Notes: generated from the sequence alone by a model not told the origin. Counted from the first letter of the stretch, positions 1 through 9,966 are shown. The stretch is DNA of 64,000 nucleotides from Candidatus Algichlamydia australiensis (GCA_033977065.1 JAXCHI010000002.1:96001-160000), one strand, 5' to 3'. Numbers and translations are program-made.

Positions 1-202
1 ACGCGCGGTGCGCTCGATGGCTTCAGATTGGCTTTGAAAAATTGCGGTGCAGGAGGAAGAAGTAGTGCTTTGCACGGTTTTCCGACGAAACGCAATTTGG
101 CATGCCAAGATGAAGCTCAAAGGGCAGCGGGGATTTGCCCGACTGTCTCTATTGGCTGTTTTTTTTAAATTAAACACTAAGATTTTCTGTTACAGAGCAC
201 TA
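1..202. mobile_element. Right part of MITE-like element B (second copy, truncated by window edge)
   Basis: Matches 14492-14692 with only ~4 differences; ends in the terminal repeat TTTTCTGTTACAGAGCAC-TA, 4 bp from the stop of the next gene. Confidence 0.85.
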
Positions 203-206
203 ACTT

Positions 207-1523
207 TTAGAAGGGGAGCATGAGGCCATCGAAGGCCATGCGGACCTGTACGTCTAAGTGGCACTCATCTAAGATATCGCGCAGAAGTTGAATTTTTACT
301 TGTAGGTCGCGATCCGAGTGCTGCGGATCGTGATGGGTGATGATCCAATTTTTGCAACCTGTAGCAGCGATAAGAGCTACAGCGTTGGAGATGGAAGAGT
401 GTCCCCAACCGACGCGGCGGCGGTACTCTTCTGGAAAGTATTGCGCTTCATGAACGATGATATCACAATCGCGCAAGAAGGTGATAAGACGCTTGTGCGG
501 CTCAAGCATTGGATGATTTTTACCAATATCTTTGGGGTGACCATGAAAACCCATGAGGACTTCGTTATCAGTGACATAGCCAATGGTGTGATGCGGGGAT
601 TTGATCTTAAAGCAGAGGGTGTCACCAGGATGATAGGCGTAGTGCGTTTCTAGGGTAAGTTGCCCAATTTGAATCTGTTGGTTATCACGAATTTCTTTAA
701 ATGTAAGGTCGGCCATCACATCATCAAGACGAACAGGAAAGAAGGCGTGAGCGAGCATTTCTGTAAAAATCGCTTTTGGACTGCGATCAAATCCTACAGG
801 TGCATGCACATTGATTTTTGTCGTATTGCGGTAGATCGGCTGAAAGAAGGGAAAGCCAGTGATGTGATCCCAGTGCGTGTGCCCAATAAAAAGATTGAGC
901 TCTCCGTTAAGTTGAATCTCTTCACCAAGAGGGCGGATACCGGTGCCTGCATCAATGATGAAGAGATCATCATTATAGCGCACCTCGAGACAACAAGTAT
1001 TGCCGCCGTAGCGGATGTATTTGGGGCCAGAGACGGGATTGGAGCCGCGTGTGCCCCAAAATTTTAAGTAGGTGGTACTGACTGTAGGAGTCGGGTGGTA
1101 GATCGCCTCCTCTTTGGTAATCTCAGGACCGACGTAGCTGCTGCTCTTTAAAGTTCCCTGGAAAAAAGCTTCTACTCTTCCAAAAAAATCTTCCGCAGAG
1201 AAAGGCTTTTGCAGATAGTCATCAGCGCCTCGCTCAAGAGCTGCGCGATGGTTTTGAATCATTGTCTGTGCCGAAGTAACAAAAACACCAAGCATTTTAT
1301 TGCGACCACCAAGCCGATCTAGTATTTCAATGGCGTGCATCTCTGGAAGCATGAGTTCAACAAGCAGAAGGTCGGGCTTAAATCTCTCTAAACGATCCAG
1401 GCATTCCGGACCACTTCGTGCCGTCTCAATTTCGTAATTTGCCGCCTTAGGATCGCGCAAGATCAGCTCAAGTGTCTTGGTGCAGGGGTCCGCGATGAGG
1501 ATATGGCGCTTTTTATTTTCCAC
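207..1523 (-). CDS. Response-regulator receiver fused to metallo-beta-lactamase-fold (RNase Z-like) hydrolase
   Basis: N-terminal REC fold (ILIAD, PDLLLVE, GADDYLQKPF); C-terminal FWGTRGS, IIDAGTG, HTHWDH, THHDP motifs; GTG start. Confidence 0.85.
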   Translation of the reverse strand: MENKKRHILIADPCTKTLELILRDPKAANYEIETARSGPECLDRLERFKPDLLLVELMLPEMHAIEILDRLGGRNKMLGVFVTSAQTMIQNHRAALERGADDYLQKPFSAEDFFGRVEAFFQGTLKSSSYVGPEITKEEAIYHPTPTVSTTYLKFWGTRGSNPVSGPKYIRYGGNTCCLEVRYNDDLFIIDAGTGIRPLGEEIQLNGELNLFIGHTHWDHITGFPFFQPIYRNTTKINVHAPVGFDRSPKAIFTEMLAHAFFPVRLDDVMADLTFKEIRDNQQIQIGQLTLETHYAYHPGDTLCFKIKSPHHTIGYVTDNEVLMGFHGHPKDIGKNHPMLEPHKRLITFLRDCDIIVHEAQYFPEEYRRRVGWGHSSISNAVALIAATGCKNWIITHHDPQHSDRDLQVKIQLLRDILDECHLDVQVRMAFDGLMLPF

Positions 1524-1558
1524 ACCCTCAAATTAAATATTTGTCATTGAGAAGTCAA

Positions 1559-3445
1559 TTAGCTTTTATCAGCTTTATAGTCTACAAGCTTTCCATGTTT
1601 ATAAAGGTAGGTCTCTACTATCTCTTTAAGATAGCATATAGGATAAGAGCTGGTGCTTTTCTGTAGGCCAAGAAAAAGTGTGGTTGTCACTTTTACTTCA
1701 AAGCTATTAGAATCTTCCTTTTCAACAACATCCATTTGAAATTTAGGAGCAACATTAAAATAATAGCCTTTGCTACTCATATCTTTATTACCCTCTTCTG
1801 TAGATAAGGTATCAAGTCCCATTACCATGGCACTTCCTATAATATTTTCATTACAGCCTCTATATCCATGCTGATTTAGAATTGTTTCTAGAAATTCAGT
1901 TTTCTTTTTAGAAAAGAGTTGAGAAATTGTATCGTGCTCGATAAATAGTTTGCTACCGAAGCGGCCTAAATTTAGAAAATTTTTCTCTCTTAAGGCAATA
2001 AAGCAAGGATTTCGCATGTTATCAACAGCAAAACTTTGCACGATTTCGGGATCAGTTCTTTTAGCTTTGTAGCGATCTTCTATATTCTTATTTTTTGTTT
2101 CTATTGATACTTTTTTCGTCTTATCTTGGTTCGCAGTAGATATTTGTTTATTTATTGCGTGATCTAATTTTTTACAAAATGTTTCCCCTTTTTCAGCAAG
2201 AGTTTCTCTTTCCTTCCAATCAAAGGGAAGAGACTCGGGAATGCTTCTAGAAATAATCTCCTTCCTGTTTTTTGAAATCTGGAAGTTTTTTTGAAACACA
2301 AAAGCCTTCTGTATTTCTGCTTGTCGGTATTCATCATGAATTGCATCAATCTGCTTTTGTGTAACTCTAGCTCCTGCAGAGACAAGTTGTGCTGCGATTG
2401 TATAACAATTTTTGCTTAGTGCTAGCTCTAATGGGGAGAGTTGCACGGCAGTCTCGTGGGCAGAGTCATCTGCTAAAAGTTCATCAGGCTCTCTCTCTTC
2501 TGGAGTTTCTGTTTTTTCAGGTTGATAGGCGCCGTGTTGTAGGAGAAGATAGACGATATTGATATCGCCGGTTGCTATGGCAAAGTGAAGAGGTGTCCAA
2601 CCGAAAGGGGGCAATTTTTTATAAAGGTCAGCACGTTGGTAGATCGCTTCACGAACTTTTATAAAATTGCTTGTGAAAATCCCTTCGCGCAATTTGGCGT
2701 CGGGGTTTTCACCAATTGCTCTTGGGGAGATAGTAGGAAAATCTTTCATCGAAAGAGGTTGCTCAAGTTCAGGGCTTACTGCAGTTAGGGTCTCATAGAT
2801 ATCAGCAAGAGGAAAAGTTTGTCCTGTGATTCGCTCATAAACCGAAGCGGCAAGAAGTTTTTTATCAGCACTCCAACTGGCATTTATAATTTTTGTTAAG
2901 TTTGTATCTTTATTTTCTTTAAATCCGCTGATGAGCTTCTGGTAATTTTTCATCAAAGGGTGCGTGTATTCGCTTTCATGCTGTTTAAAAAAGAGTAGAT
3001 GATCAAGTAGCTCGAAGTAGGAAAAGGTATCTTTTGTCCTTTGAAATTTTTCTATGACTCGGTTAGTTGCTTTAACTCTTCTTGGGCCTTCAGGACTCTT
3101 TTTTTCAACTGCCTCTTTGGGAGTCTCTTCTTGCTTGTTAAATATGCTGCGAAAATGGGGATGAGTCTCCAGGACTTTTTGGGCTTTTTCTATTGTTTTT
3201 GTATCAGCAGGCTCTTCACTCACATGGGTTTCTGCAAATTGCTCCGCTTTTTTGATAAGGAACTCTTTCTTTTTTGCGAACTGCGCTTTGCTCAAGCTTG
3301 TTCGCGCTTTTTCATAAATAGCTTGTGTGGTCTTCTCATATTGAAGAAATTCTCCTGAATCAGTAATTTCACCGGAGAGAAAAGGGATCGCATCAGGTGT
3401 GAGTTGTGCTACTAATTGAGCAAAGGTATTCTTATCAATAACCAT
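1559..3445 (-). CDS. Ankyrin-repeat protein, possible secreted effector
   Basis: GWTPLHFAIATGDINIVYLLLQHGA and LSPLELALSKNCYTIAAQLVSAGA repeats; remainder unrecognised. Confidence 0.7.
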   Translation of the reverse strand: MVIDKNTFAQLVAQLTPDAIPFLSGEITDSGEFLQYEKTTQAIYEKARTSLSKAQFAKKKEFLIKKAEQFAETHVSEEPADTKTIEKAQKVLETHPHFRSIFNKQEETPKEAVEKKSPEGPRRVKATNRVIEKFQRTKDTFSYFELLDHLLFFKQHESEYTHPLMKNYQKLISGFKENKDTNLTKIINASWSADKKLLAASVYERITGQTFPLADIYETLTAVSPELEQPLSMKDFPTISPRAIGENPDAKLREGIFTSNFIKVREAIYQRADLYKKLPPFGWTPLHFAIATGDINIVYLLLQHGAYQPEKTETPEEREPDELLADDSAHETAVQLSPLELALSKNCYTIAAQLVSAGARVTQKQIDAIHDEYRQAEIQKAFVFQKNFQISKNRKEIISRSIPESLPFDWKERETLAEKGETFCKKLDHAINKQISTANQDKTKKVSIETKNKNIEDRYKAKRTDPEIVQSFAVDNMRNPCFIALREKNFLNLGRFGSKLFIEHDTISQLFSKKKTEFLETILNQHGYRGCNENIIGSAMVMGLDTLSTEEGNKDMSSKGYYFNVAPKFQMDVVEKEDSNSFEVKVTTTLFLGLQKSTSSYPICYLKEIVETYLYKHGKLVDYKADKS

Positions 3446-3500
3446 ATAATTAATTTTAGCATAAAATTAATTATAATTTAAATTTGATAAATAACTGTTA

Positions 3501-5798
3501 TTAAAGGAGTTCGGTAGAATCTACTAAGACTTTTCGAGGTCTTGAGCCCTCTTGGGGACCAATAATGCCACGACTCTCTAGCTCATCCATAAGAGAGGCG
3601 GCTCTTGCATAGCCAATTTTAAGCTTACGCTGGAGGAAGGTGGTCGAGGCAGTTTTGCTCTGCAGAACGATGGTTAGAGCAGAATCAAAGAGTTCGTCAC
3701 GAGGCTCTTCGGACTCTCCTCCCATGCTGGAGAGATCCTCACGGCTCATATTATCAAAGGATTTAATGAGATAGTTAGGACCTGCTTGGTCTGCGATGTA
3801 GGAGATCACGCGATTGATATCTTCATCGCGGATGTAGGCGCCCTGAGCGCGGATCAGTTGGGATGTACCGGGAGGAAGAAAGAGGGCATCTCCATTTCCA
3901 AGTAGGCTCTCTGCTCCGTTCTCATCCAAAATAATTTGGCTATTCACGCGGCTGGCTACTTTAAATGCGATGCGCGTAGGGAAGTTTGCTTTGATGATTC
4001 CTGTGATCACTTCACGAGAGGGGCGCTGGGTGGCAAGAATCAGGTGGATACCCACAGCGCGGGCCATCTGGGCAATGCGAGCAATGGGGGTCTCTAAGTC
4101 AGAACTTGATGTCATCATCAGGTCTGCAAATTCATCGATAATGCAGACGATCATCGCCATTTTCTTGGGGACTTCAAAGGTAAGAGACTCTTCTAATTCG
4201 CGATTGGGTTTGCGATTGTTAAATGCGGTGATATTGCGTAGTCCCAACTGTTTTAAAATTTCGTAGCGATGCTGCATCTCTTTGACAAGCCAGCTCAAAG
4301 AAGCGTAAGCTCCGTGTGCTTCTGTGATGACAGGGGCAATCATATGAGGAAGCTTGGAGTAGGGAGTGAGCTCGACTTTTTTAGGATCAATTAAAATCAA
4401 TTTGATTTCATCGGGGCGTGCATTCATGAGAATGGACATGATGAGCGTATTGATACAAACTGATTTTCCAGATCCTGTCGCACCAGCAATAATCGCATGG
4501 GGCCATTTTGCCAACTCACAGGTAACATCTTCTCCACTAACAGTTTTTCCAAGAAGGATGGGAATATGAAACTTGCGTGAATTTTTCTTATAGGTGGCGA
4601 GCATCTCTTTGAATCCGACTTCTTGTGGATGCAGAGAGGGAATTTCAACCCCAACAGCTGCTTTTCCAGGAATCGGGGCAATAATGCGAATGGAGGGAGC
4701 CTCCATATTCAGCGCTAAATCATTCTCTAAAGCCTTGATTTTTTGAACCTTTACGCCAACAGCGGGATGAACCTCAAAAGAGGTAATTGTTGGACCACAG
4801 TTGACCTCTCCCACCTTTGCTTCGATCCCAAAGCTCTCTAAAGTCTCTTCTAAAACTTGTGCTTGGCGTTGTAGATCTTTTTTTAGGGTAGGCTGGTCGA
4901 TTTTTTTTGCGTTGGTTAGCAGGGTAAGGGGCGGGAGTCTGTAGGAGTTGTATTCACCCTTATACCGTTTTTTTTCAACGGTCGGTTTCTCCATTTTGGG
5001 CTTCGGTTTGGTCGATTCAATGAGCTCAGGAAGAGGATCTTTTGTAACGAATTCCTCTTGAACTGGGGGCTCCTCTTGTACTTGTGGAAGAGTTTTAGGG
5101 GGTTCAAATTGGGGTTTGAATTTTTTTGAAGAGGGCTCGCGCTTCGGTCGCTTCACTCTATCTGGCTCTAAATCGGGAAGACGGAAAGATTGAGCGAGTT
5201 TGCGGAAAAAATAGAAGGAAGCGAGTGCGGCGCGTTTAGCAATATCTCCAATATCGCGCAGTTGTAGATTGAACAGCAGAAGTGTGGAGAGGGCAGCGCT
5301 CATTGAGAAGAGGAAGAAGATGCCAATATTACTTAGAATCGCCTGCAAATTATAGCGAGGAAGGTCGGTGTAAAGATAGTAGAAGGGAATGCCACCGAGG
5401 TAGTAACGTGTCTGCTTGTGAAAAAGGTTTAGTGTAAACTCTCTTGTCACAACGCGATCGCGGAAAAAAGAGTATTCCAGCCCCTGTGTTTCAGCAAAGA
5501 GGTTGGCAAGCAGGCAGATCGAAAGAAGAATAAGAGAGCTGTAAAGAATTTTAAAAAGAGGTCTTTCGATTTTTTGACGCAAAAGAATTTTGACTCCCCA
5601 ATAGAAGCCGAAGCTAAGGATAAGATAGGAGCCGATGCCAAAGAGAAATGTTTGCAGGTAGCCGAGGTAGTAGCCAAAAAGGCCTAGCCAGTTCACTTCG
5701 GGGTGCTGGTAGAAAAAACTCATTTGCGAGAGCAGAAGAGTTGTAAATCCTCCTAAGACGAGGAGGCCCTTAATTTCTGGGTTTTTTGGCTTACTCAT
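3501..5798 (-). CDS. ftsK: DNA translocase FtsK
   Basis: N-terminal TM region, GATGSGKS Walker A, IIDEFADLM, ATQRPS, gamma domain LQRKLKIGYARAA. Confidence 0.97.
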   Translation of the reverse strand: MSKPKNPEIKGLLVLGGFTTLLLSQMSFFYQHPEVNWLGLFGYYLGYLQTFLFGIGSYLILSFGFYWGVKILLRQKIERPLFKILYSSLILLSICLLANLFAETQGLEYSFFRDRVVTREFTLNLFHKQTRYYLGGIPFYYLYTDLPRYNLQAILSNIGIFFLFSMSAALSTLLLFNLQLRDIGDIAKRAALASFYFFRKLAQSFRLPDLEPDRVKRPKREPSSKKFKPQFEPPKTLPQVQEEPPVQEEFVTKDPLPELIESTKPKPKMEKPTVEKKRYKGEYNSYRLPPLTLLTNAKKIDQPTLKKDLQRQAQVLEETLESFGIEAKVGEVNCGPTITSFEVHPAVGVKVQKIKALENDLALNMEAPSIRIIAPIPGKAAVGVEIPSLHPQEVGFKEMLATYKKNSRKFHIPILLGKTVSGEDVTCELAKWPHAIIAGATGSGKSVCINTLIMSILMNARPDEIKLILIDPKKVELTPYSKLPHMIAPVITEAHGAYASLSWLVKEMQHRYEILKQLGLRNITAFNNRKPNRELEESLTFEVPKKMAMIVCIIDEFADLMMTSSSDLETPIARIAQMARAVGIHLILATQRPSREVITGIIKANFPTRIAFKVASRVNSQIILDENGAESLLGNGDALFLPPGTSQLIRAQGAYIRDEDINRVISYIADQAGPNYLIKSFDNMSREDLSSMGGESEEPRDELFDSALTIVLQSKTASTTFLQRKLKIGYARAASLMDELESRGIIGPQEGSRPRKVLVDSTELL

Positions 5799-5838
5799 AG
5801 CCTTACAGATAGCAGAATAGACATTTCAAAAAAAGGTG

Positions 5839-5913
5839 GGCGACCGACGGGACTTGAACCCGCGACCCCTGGAATCACAATCCAGTGCTCTAACCAGCTG
5901 AGCTACGGTCGCC
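5839..5913 (-). tRNA. tRNA-His(GTG)
   Basis: Cloverleaf GGCGACCG-TAGCTCAGCTGGTTAGAGC-CTGGATT GTG ATTCCAG-GGTTCAAGTCC-CGGTCGCC; G-1/C73 pair; CCA not encoded. Confidence 0.95.
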
Positions 5914-7306
5914 AGAGGCCCCATTTTCGCCTAAAACTCCCTATAAAGTCAACTCTTACTAGTGTGAAGAGAGTGAGAAGGAGAATAACGACTTCAAGAG
6001 TCAAAAAAGGAGTATGAAGAGTAAAGTCTAATTTCTTTGGGGGATGCTGGGTAAAGACAAGAAGGTTTTTAGCTACGAATTCGACAAGAGGAAAGAGAAA
6101 GGGGCAGAGAAATGAAGAGAGCAGAAGGAAGAGAAGTAGAGCTACACCAAGAGGAAAAAAGAAATTATAAAAAAGACTTAATAGGGGAAATTTTCCAAAA
6201 ACCAGAAGGGTCAAGGGAAGTGTTATGAGAGTTGCTGAAAGAGTGAGGGTGATAGCAAGGCGGAAAAAAGTAACAAGGAGGTAGCCATGTTTATCGGCTA
6301 GACTTAGTGCAAGGGCCTCCTCTTTGGTACGGATATGGAGTACATGTCCTACGAGTTTGCAGAGCGGTTCATACAGAGCTAAGATCCCATAAGTTGCAAG
6401 GTAGCTAAGCTGAAAACCCAAATTTGTTAGGGCAAGAGGATGGAGCAAAAGAGCGATAATAGCGGCAAGGGCAAGAGCGTTTAGTGGTGGCATTTTTAAA
6501 TCAAAAAATTGCCCGATCATAGGAAGCAAAATTGTAATTCCTGCACGCATTACAGAAGCGGTCGGCCCCATGTAGAGGTAAAATAGGCAGAGGAGCATTA
6601 GTAGAAAAGAGCCAGCTATTTTTTTGGGTAGTAATCGTATAAATATTTTTCCGATGAAAAGCGCGAGCAGAGAGAAATGAAAACCAGAAATCGCAAGAAG
6701 ATGCATAAGTCCCAAGCGCCCAAAGTCGTAAGCAAGAGATTTTTCCATTAGCTCACCTGTTGCAAGTGCTGCTACTAATTGAAATGCTTGCTTGTCGCGA
6801 ATTTTTTTTCTTAAATAAGCACGGACCCATTTTTTTGCTAAAAAGCGCTTTTCAGCCATTCGAAAAGTTCCTGGTACAGCCCTCCATTTTTTCACTTTGA
6901 AATTTGATTGAAAGCGATCCCGAATCTTTTGCTCTCCTTCCACTATGTAGTCCTGATTCATCAAAATTTTCCTCCCGTTATAAGGGAGATAAATTGAGCA
7001 AGGAAAAGACCCTTCTTCTGTAGTGAGAGATCCTGCAGCAAGAGCGTACATGCCAAAAGGGGAACGACCCGCTTTCATAAGCTTTGGGCGAAAGTAGCCA
7101 GTTTTTGCTTCTACAGTTGGAGGGAGATGAAAAACAGCAAAAAAGTAACTTGCCACTGAAACAATTAGAAGTAGAAGCGCACGCGGCCGCTCTTGCCAAA
7201 AGAGGAGGATAAAAGCGGGAAGCAAGATCCAAGGCCGCTCTAAAAAAGCGGTTCCCATTCCTAAAACAAGTGCAAAAGCGTAAGGGAGTGCGGGTGCCAC
7301 GCACAA
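5903..7306 (-). CDS. comEC: ComEC/Rec2 family membrane protein (no C-terminal MBL domain)
   Basis: GLMHLLAISGFH, ASVMRA, GFQLSYLAT competence-domain motifs. Confidence 0.88.
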   Translation of the reverse strand: MCVAPALPYAFALVLGMGTAFLERPWILLPAFILLFWQERPRALLLLIVSVASYFFAVFHLPPTVEAKTGYFRPKLMKAGRSPFGMYALAAGSLTTEEGSFPCSIYLPYNGRKILMNQDYIVEGEQKIRDRFQSNFKVKKWRAVPGTFRMAEKRFLAKKWVRAYLRKKIRDKQAFQLVAALATGELMEKSLAYDFGRLGLMHLLAISGFHFSLLALFIGKIFIRLLPKKIAGSFLLMLLCLFYLYMGPTASVMRAGITILLPMIGQFFDLKMPPLNALALAAIIALLLHPLALTNLGFQLSYLATYGILALYEPLCKLVGHVLHIRTKEEALALSLADKHGYLLVTFFRLAITLTLSATLITLPLTLLVFGKFPLLSLFYNFFFPLGVALLLFLLLSSFLCPFLFPLVEFVAKNLLVFTQHPPKKLDFTLHTPFLTLEVVILLLTLFTLVRVDFIGSFRRKWGLWRP

Positions 7307-7340
7307 TGATAAATCTATTTTTGTTTTTAATTCAAAGTCG

Positions 7341-7657
7341 TTATCTACCGCGATGTTTTTTCTTTTCCAACTCTTCGCGCATATAATCTTGAGATAACGT
7401 AGAAGCTTTGCTTATTTCTTTGAGTTTTTCACTTCACGGTGCACTTCTTTTTGAACTTTTTTGGAATTCATTCCTTTGATCTGAAGAGTGAATTTCTTTG
7501 GTGCCTCAAAATTCAATTCTTGATAGTGTTTGAGCACAAATTCATAAATTTCTGGATCAGTGGGCTCAGCTCCAAAAATATGTCTTGCAACAGCGTAACC
7601 CTCTTTATCTGTGCGCTCAAAGGTTCCTACCCAAAAAGATTTCTCATAAGATAGCAT
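7341..7657 (-). pseudogene. Degraded YjdF/DUF2992 family gene
   Basis: FWVGTFER...FGAEPTDPEIYEFV motif; premature stop at 7412; remnants STLSQDYMREELEKK and KHRGR* lie downstream out of frame. Confidence 0.65.
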
Positions 7658-7699
7658 TTTTGCTATTTCGTGAGAAATAATTGTATAAGTTGTTGGCAA

Positions 7700-8986
7700 T
7701 TAGTTGGTTATTTTTGTGCCTCGACCTTTTGGAAGGTCTTCTTCAATGGAACGGTTGATGAGGCGTGCGCCGCGGATACCTGTAAGATAGTGAAAGAACC
7801 ATTCGAGCATTACGCTAAAGCGATTGCGGAAGCCGATAAGATAGCCAACATGAAGACCGGCCCAAAAGATCCAGGCAAATATACCTTTAAATTTGATTTT
7901 GCCAAGGAATCCAACAGCTTTGAACTTTCCAATTGTGGCCATGCTTCCCTTGTCAAAGTAGCGAAAAGGCTTGCGCTTCTCTTTTGAGATTTTTTTCTTG
8001 ATGATTTTGGCTACATAGCGACCTTGTTGGATGGCCGCAGGTGCGATACCGGGAAGAGGATTCCCCTTTTTATCCTTAGCAAAGGCGGCGTCTCCGATAA
8101 CAAATACTTCTGGGTAGTCGGGAATAGAGAGATCAGATTCAACAATAACGCGACCTTGGCGATCTAACTCAGTATCAAGTTTACGGAGAAGCGGAGAAGC
8201 TTGGTTTCCAGCTGCCCAAATAATATTTTTCGCTTCGATTGTTTGATTACCAAACTTGACTCCCTCCGGTGTAATTTCAGAGACAATGGTTCCCGTGAGA
8301 ACACTTACACCTAATTTTTCAAGATCTTGGCGCGCTTTATCTGAAAGAGTTTCAGGATAGGGGGGAAGAACACGGGGAGCTCCTTCTATAAGGAAAATTT
8401 TTGATTTTTCCGGTTTAATTCTCCGGAAATTTTTAAACATAGTTTTATGGGCAATTTCAGCAATCGCTCCTGCCATTTCTACGCCTGTAGGTCCCGCACC
8501 GATAATCACAAAATTGAGGTATTTTGCAGCTTCTTGCAGACTGTCAGAACGCTCTGCTTTTTCAAACGAGAGAAGTACTTTTTCTCGAATTTGAAGCGCA
8601 TCTTTAACAGTTTTGAGACCAGGTGCTACATCTTCCCACTCATCGTGGCCGAAATAGGAGTGACGCGCCCCAACAGCAAGCACGAGATAGTCATAGCCAA
8701 CAAGATCTCCATTTCCAAGTGTAACCAGACGTTTTTCTTTGTCGATATCAACGACATCGCCCATAATTACAGTCGTATTCGTTTGACCACGGAGGATTTC
8801 TCGCAGTGGTATGGCAACATCAGCAGGGGAGAGAGCAGCACTTGCTACTTGATACAGAAGAGGTTGAAAGAGGTGATGGTTGGTTTTATCAACAAGATAA
8901 ATGTCTAAAGGCGCCCGCTTTAGCTTTTTTGCTACTTGCAAGCCGCCAAAACCGCCTCCAACTATAACCACTTTTGTATATACCAT
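7700..8986 (-). CDS. ndh: Type II NADH dehydrogenase (NAD(P)/FAD oxidoreductase)
   Basis: GGGFGG, HLFQPLLYQVA, GAGPTGVEMAG, DKGSMATIG. Confidence 0.92.
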   Translation of the reverse strand: MVYTKVVIVGGGFGGLQVAKKLKRAPLDIYLVDKTNHHLFQPLLYQVASAALSPADVAIPLREILRGQTNTTVIMGDVVDIDKEKRLVTLGNGDLVGYDYLVLAVGARHSYFGHDEWEDVAPGLKTVKDALQIREKVLLSFEKAERSDSLQEAAKYLNFVIIGAGPTGVEMAGAIAEIAHKTMFKNFRRIKPEKSKIFLIEGAPRVLPPYPETLSDKARQDLEKLGVSVLTGTIVSEITPEGVKFGNQTIEAKNIIWAAGNQASPLLRKLDTELDRQGRVIVESDLSIPDYPEVFVIGDAAFAKDKKGNPLPGIAPAAIQQGRYVAKIIKKKISKEKRKPFRYFDKGSMATIGKFKAVGFLGKIKFKGIFAWIFWAGLHVGYLIGFRNRFSVMLEWFFHYLTGIRGARLINRSIEEDLPKGRGTKITN

Positions 8987-9045
8987 ATTACTATTAATAT
9001 ATAATTCTTCGAAAAAAAAGTAAATCAGGATAAAGTAGGTTAATT

Positions 9046-9966
9046 GTGAAGCTTAGTGAATTTATACAAGAATTTGGACAGGAAATTGGACTCATGGGAC
9101 AGGTGAGTTGCGAAGCTCCTCTCACTTCTCCTGACGTACACCGACCTGGACTTGCGATTACGGGCTATCTAAAGGGATTCTCACCCAAGCGTATACTTGT
9201 TATTGGAAAAAATGAGATTGAGTATTTAAAGGGGGTTTCAGATTCGAGAGAGAGACTCAAGAGTTTTCTTACAAGCGAAATTCCTGCGATTATTGTCGCT
9301 CGACGTCTTCGTCCTCCTGAAGAGCTTGCGCAAATTTGTGCAGAACTTAAAATCCCACTTTTGCGCTCCTCTCTAACCACAACTGTTTTAGTGCGCAAAT
9401 TGACTCTAGCTCTTTCAGAAGCATTTGCTCCAAAGAAAAGTTGTCACGGAACACTAGTTCAGATCCATGGACTTGGGGTGTTGATTCAAGGGGAGTCTTC
9501 AGTGGGTAAGAGCGAAACGGCGCTGGGCCTGATTGAGCGCGGGCACCGCTTGATTTCTGATGATATCGTCCAAATTCGAAAAAAAGAGGAAGCTTATCTG
9601 GAAGGGGTTGCTCCAGAATTAACGAAACACTTGTTGGAAATAAGAGGAATTGGCATCATTAATGTGGCTCATCTGTTTGGAGCTGTGTGTGTAAACGAAA
9701 GCGCACGAATTGATCTCATTGTTAGGCTAGAGATTTGGAATGAGAAGCATTTTTATGATCGTGTTGGATTGGAAGAACATTATGAAAACTTGCTCGGTGT
9801 TAAAGTCCCGCTTCATGTGGTCCCCGTTAAACCGGGGCGAGATATGGTTCTTCTTCTTGAAACGATTGCTCTCAACTATCGCCTTAAAAAAATGGGATAC
9901 CATTCGGCTAAAGAATTTAATGCAAAGTTATTAGATGCCATCGCAAGAAGGAGTAAAACAGACTAG
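9046..9966 (+). CDS. hprK: HPr kinase/phosphorylase
   Basis: GESSVGKSETALGLIERGHRLISDD, LEIRGIGIINV. Confidence 0.95.
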   Translation: MKLSEFIQEFGQEIGLMGQVSCEAPLTSPDVHRPGLAITGYLKGFSPKRILVIGKNEIEYLKGVSDSRERLKSFLTSEIPAIIVARRLRPPEELAQICAELKIPLLRSSLTTTVLVRKLTLALSEAFAPKKSCHGTLVQIHGLGVLIQGESSVGKSETALGLIERGHRLISDDIVQIRKKEEAYLEGVAPELTKHLLEIRGIGIINVAHLFGAVCVNESARIDLIVRLEIWNEKHFYDRVGLEEHYENLLGVKVPLHVVPVKPGRDMVLLLETIALNYRLKKMGYHSAKEFNAKLLDAIARRSKTD

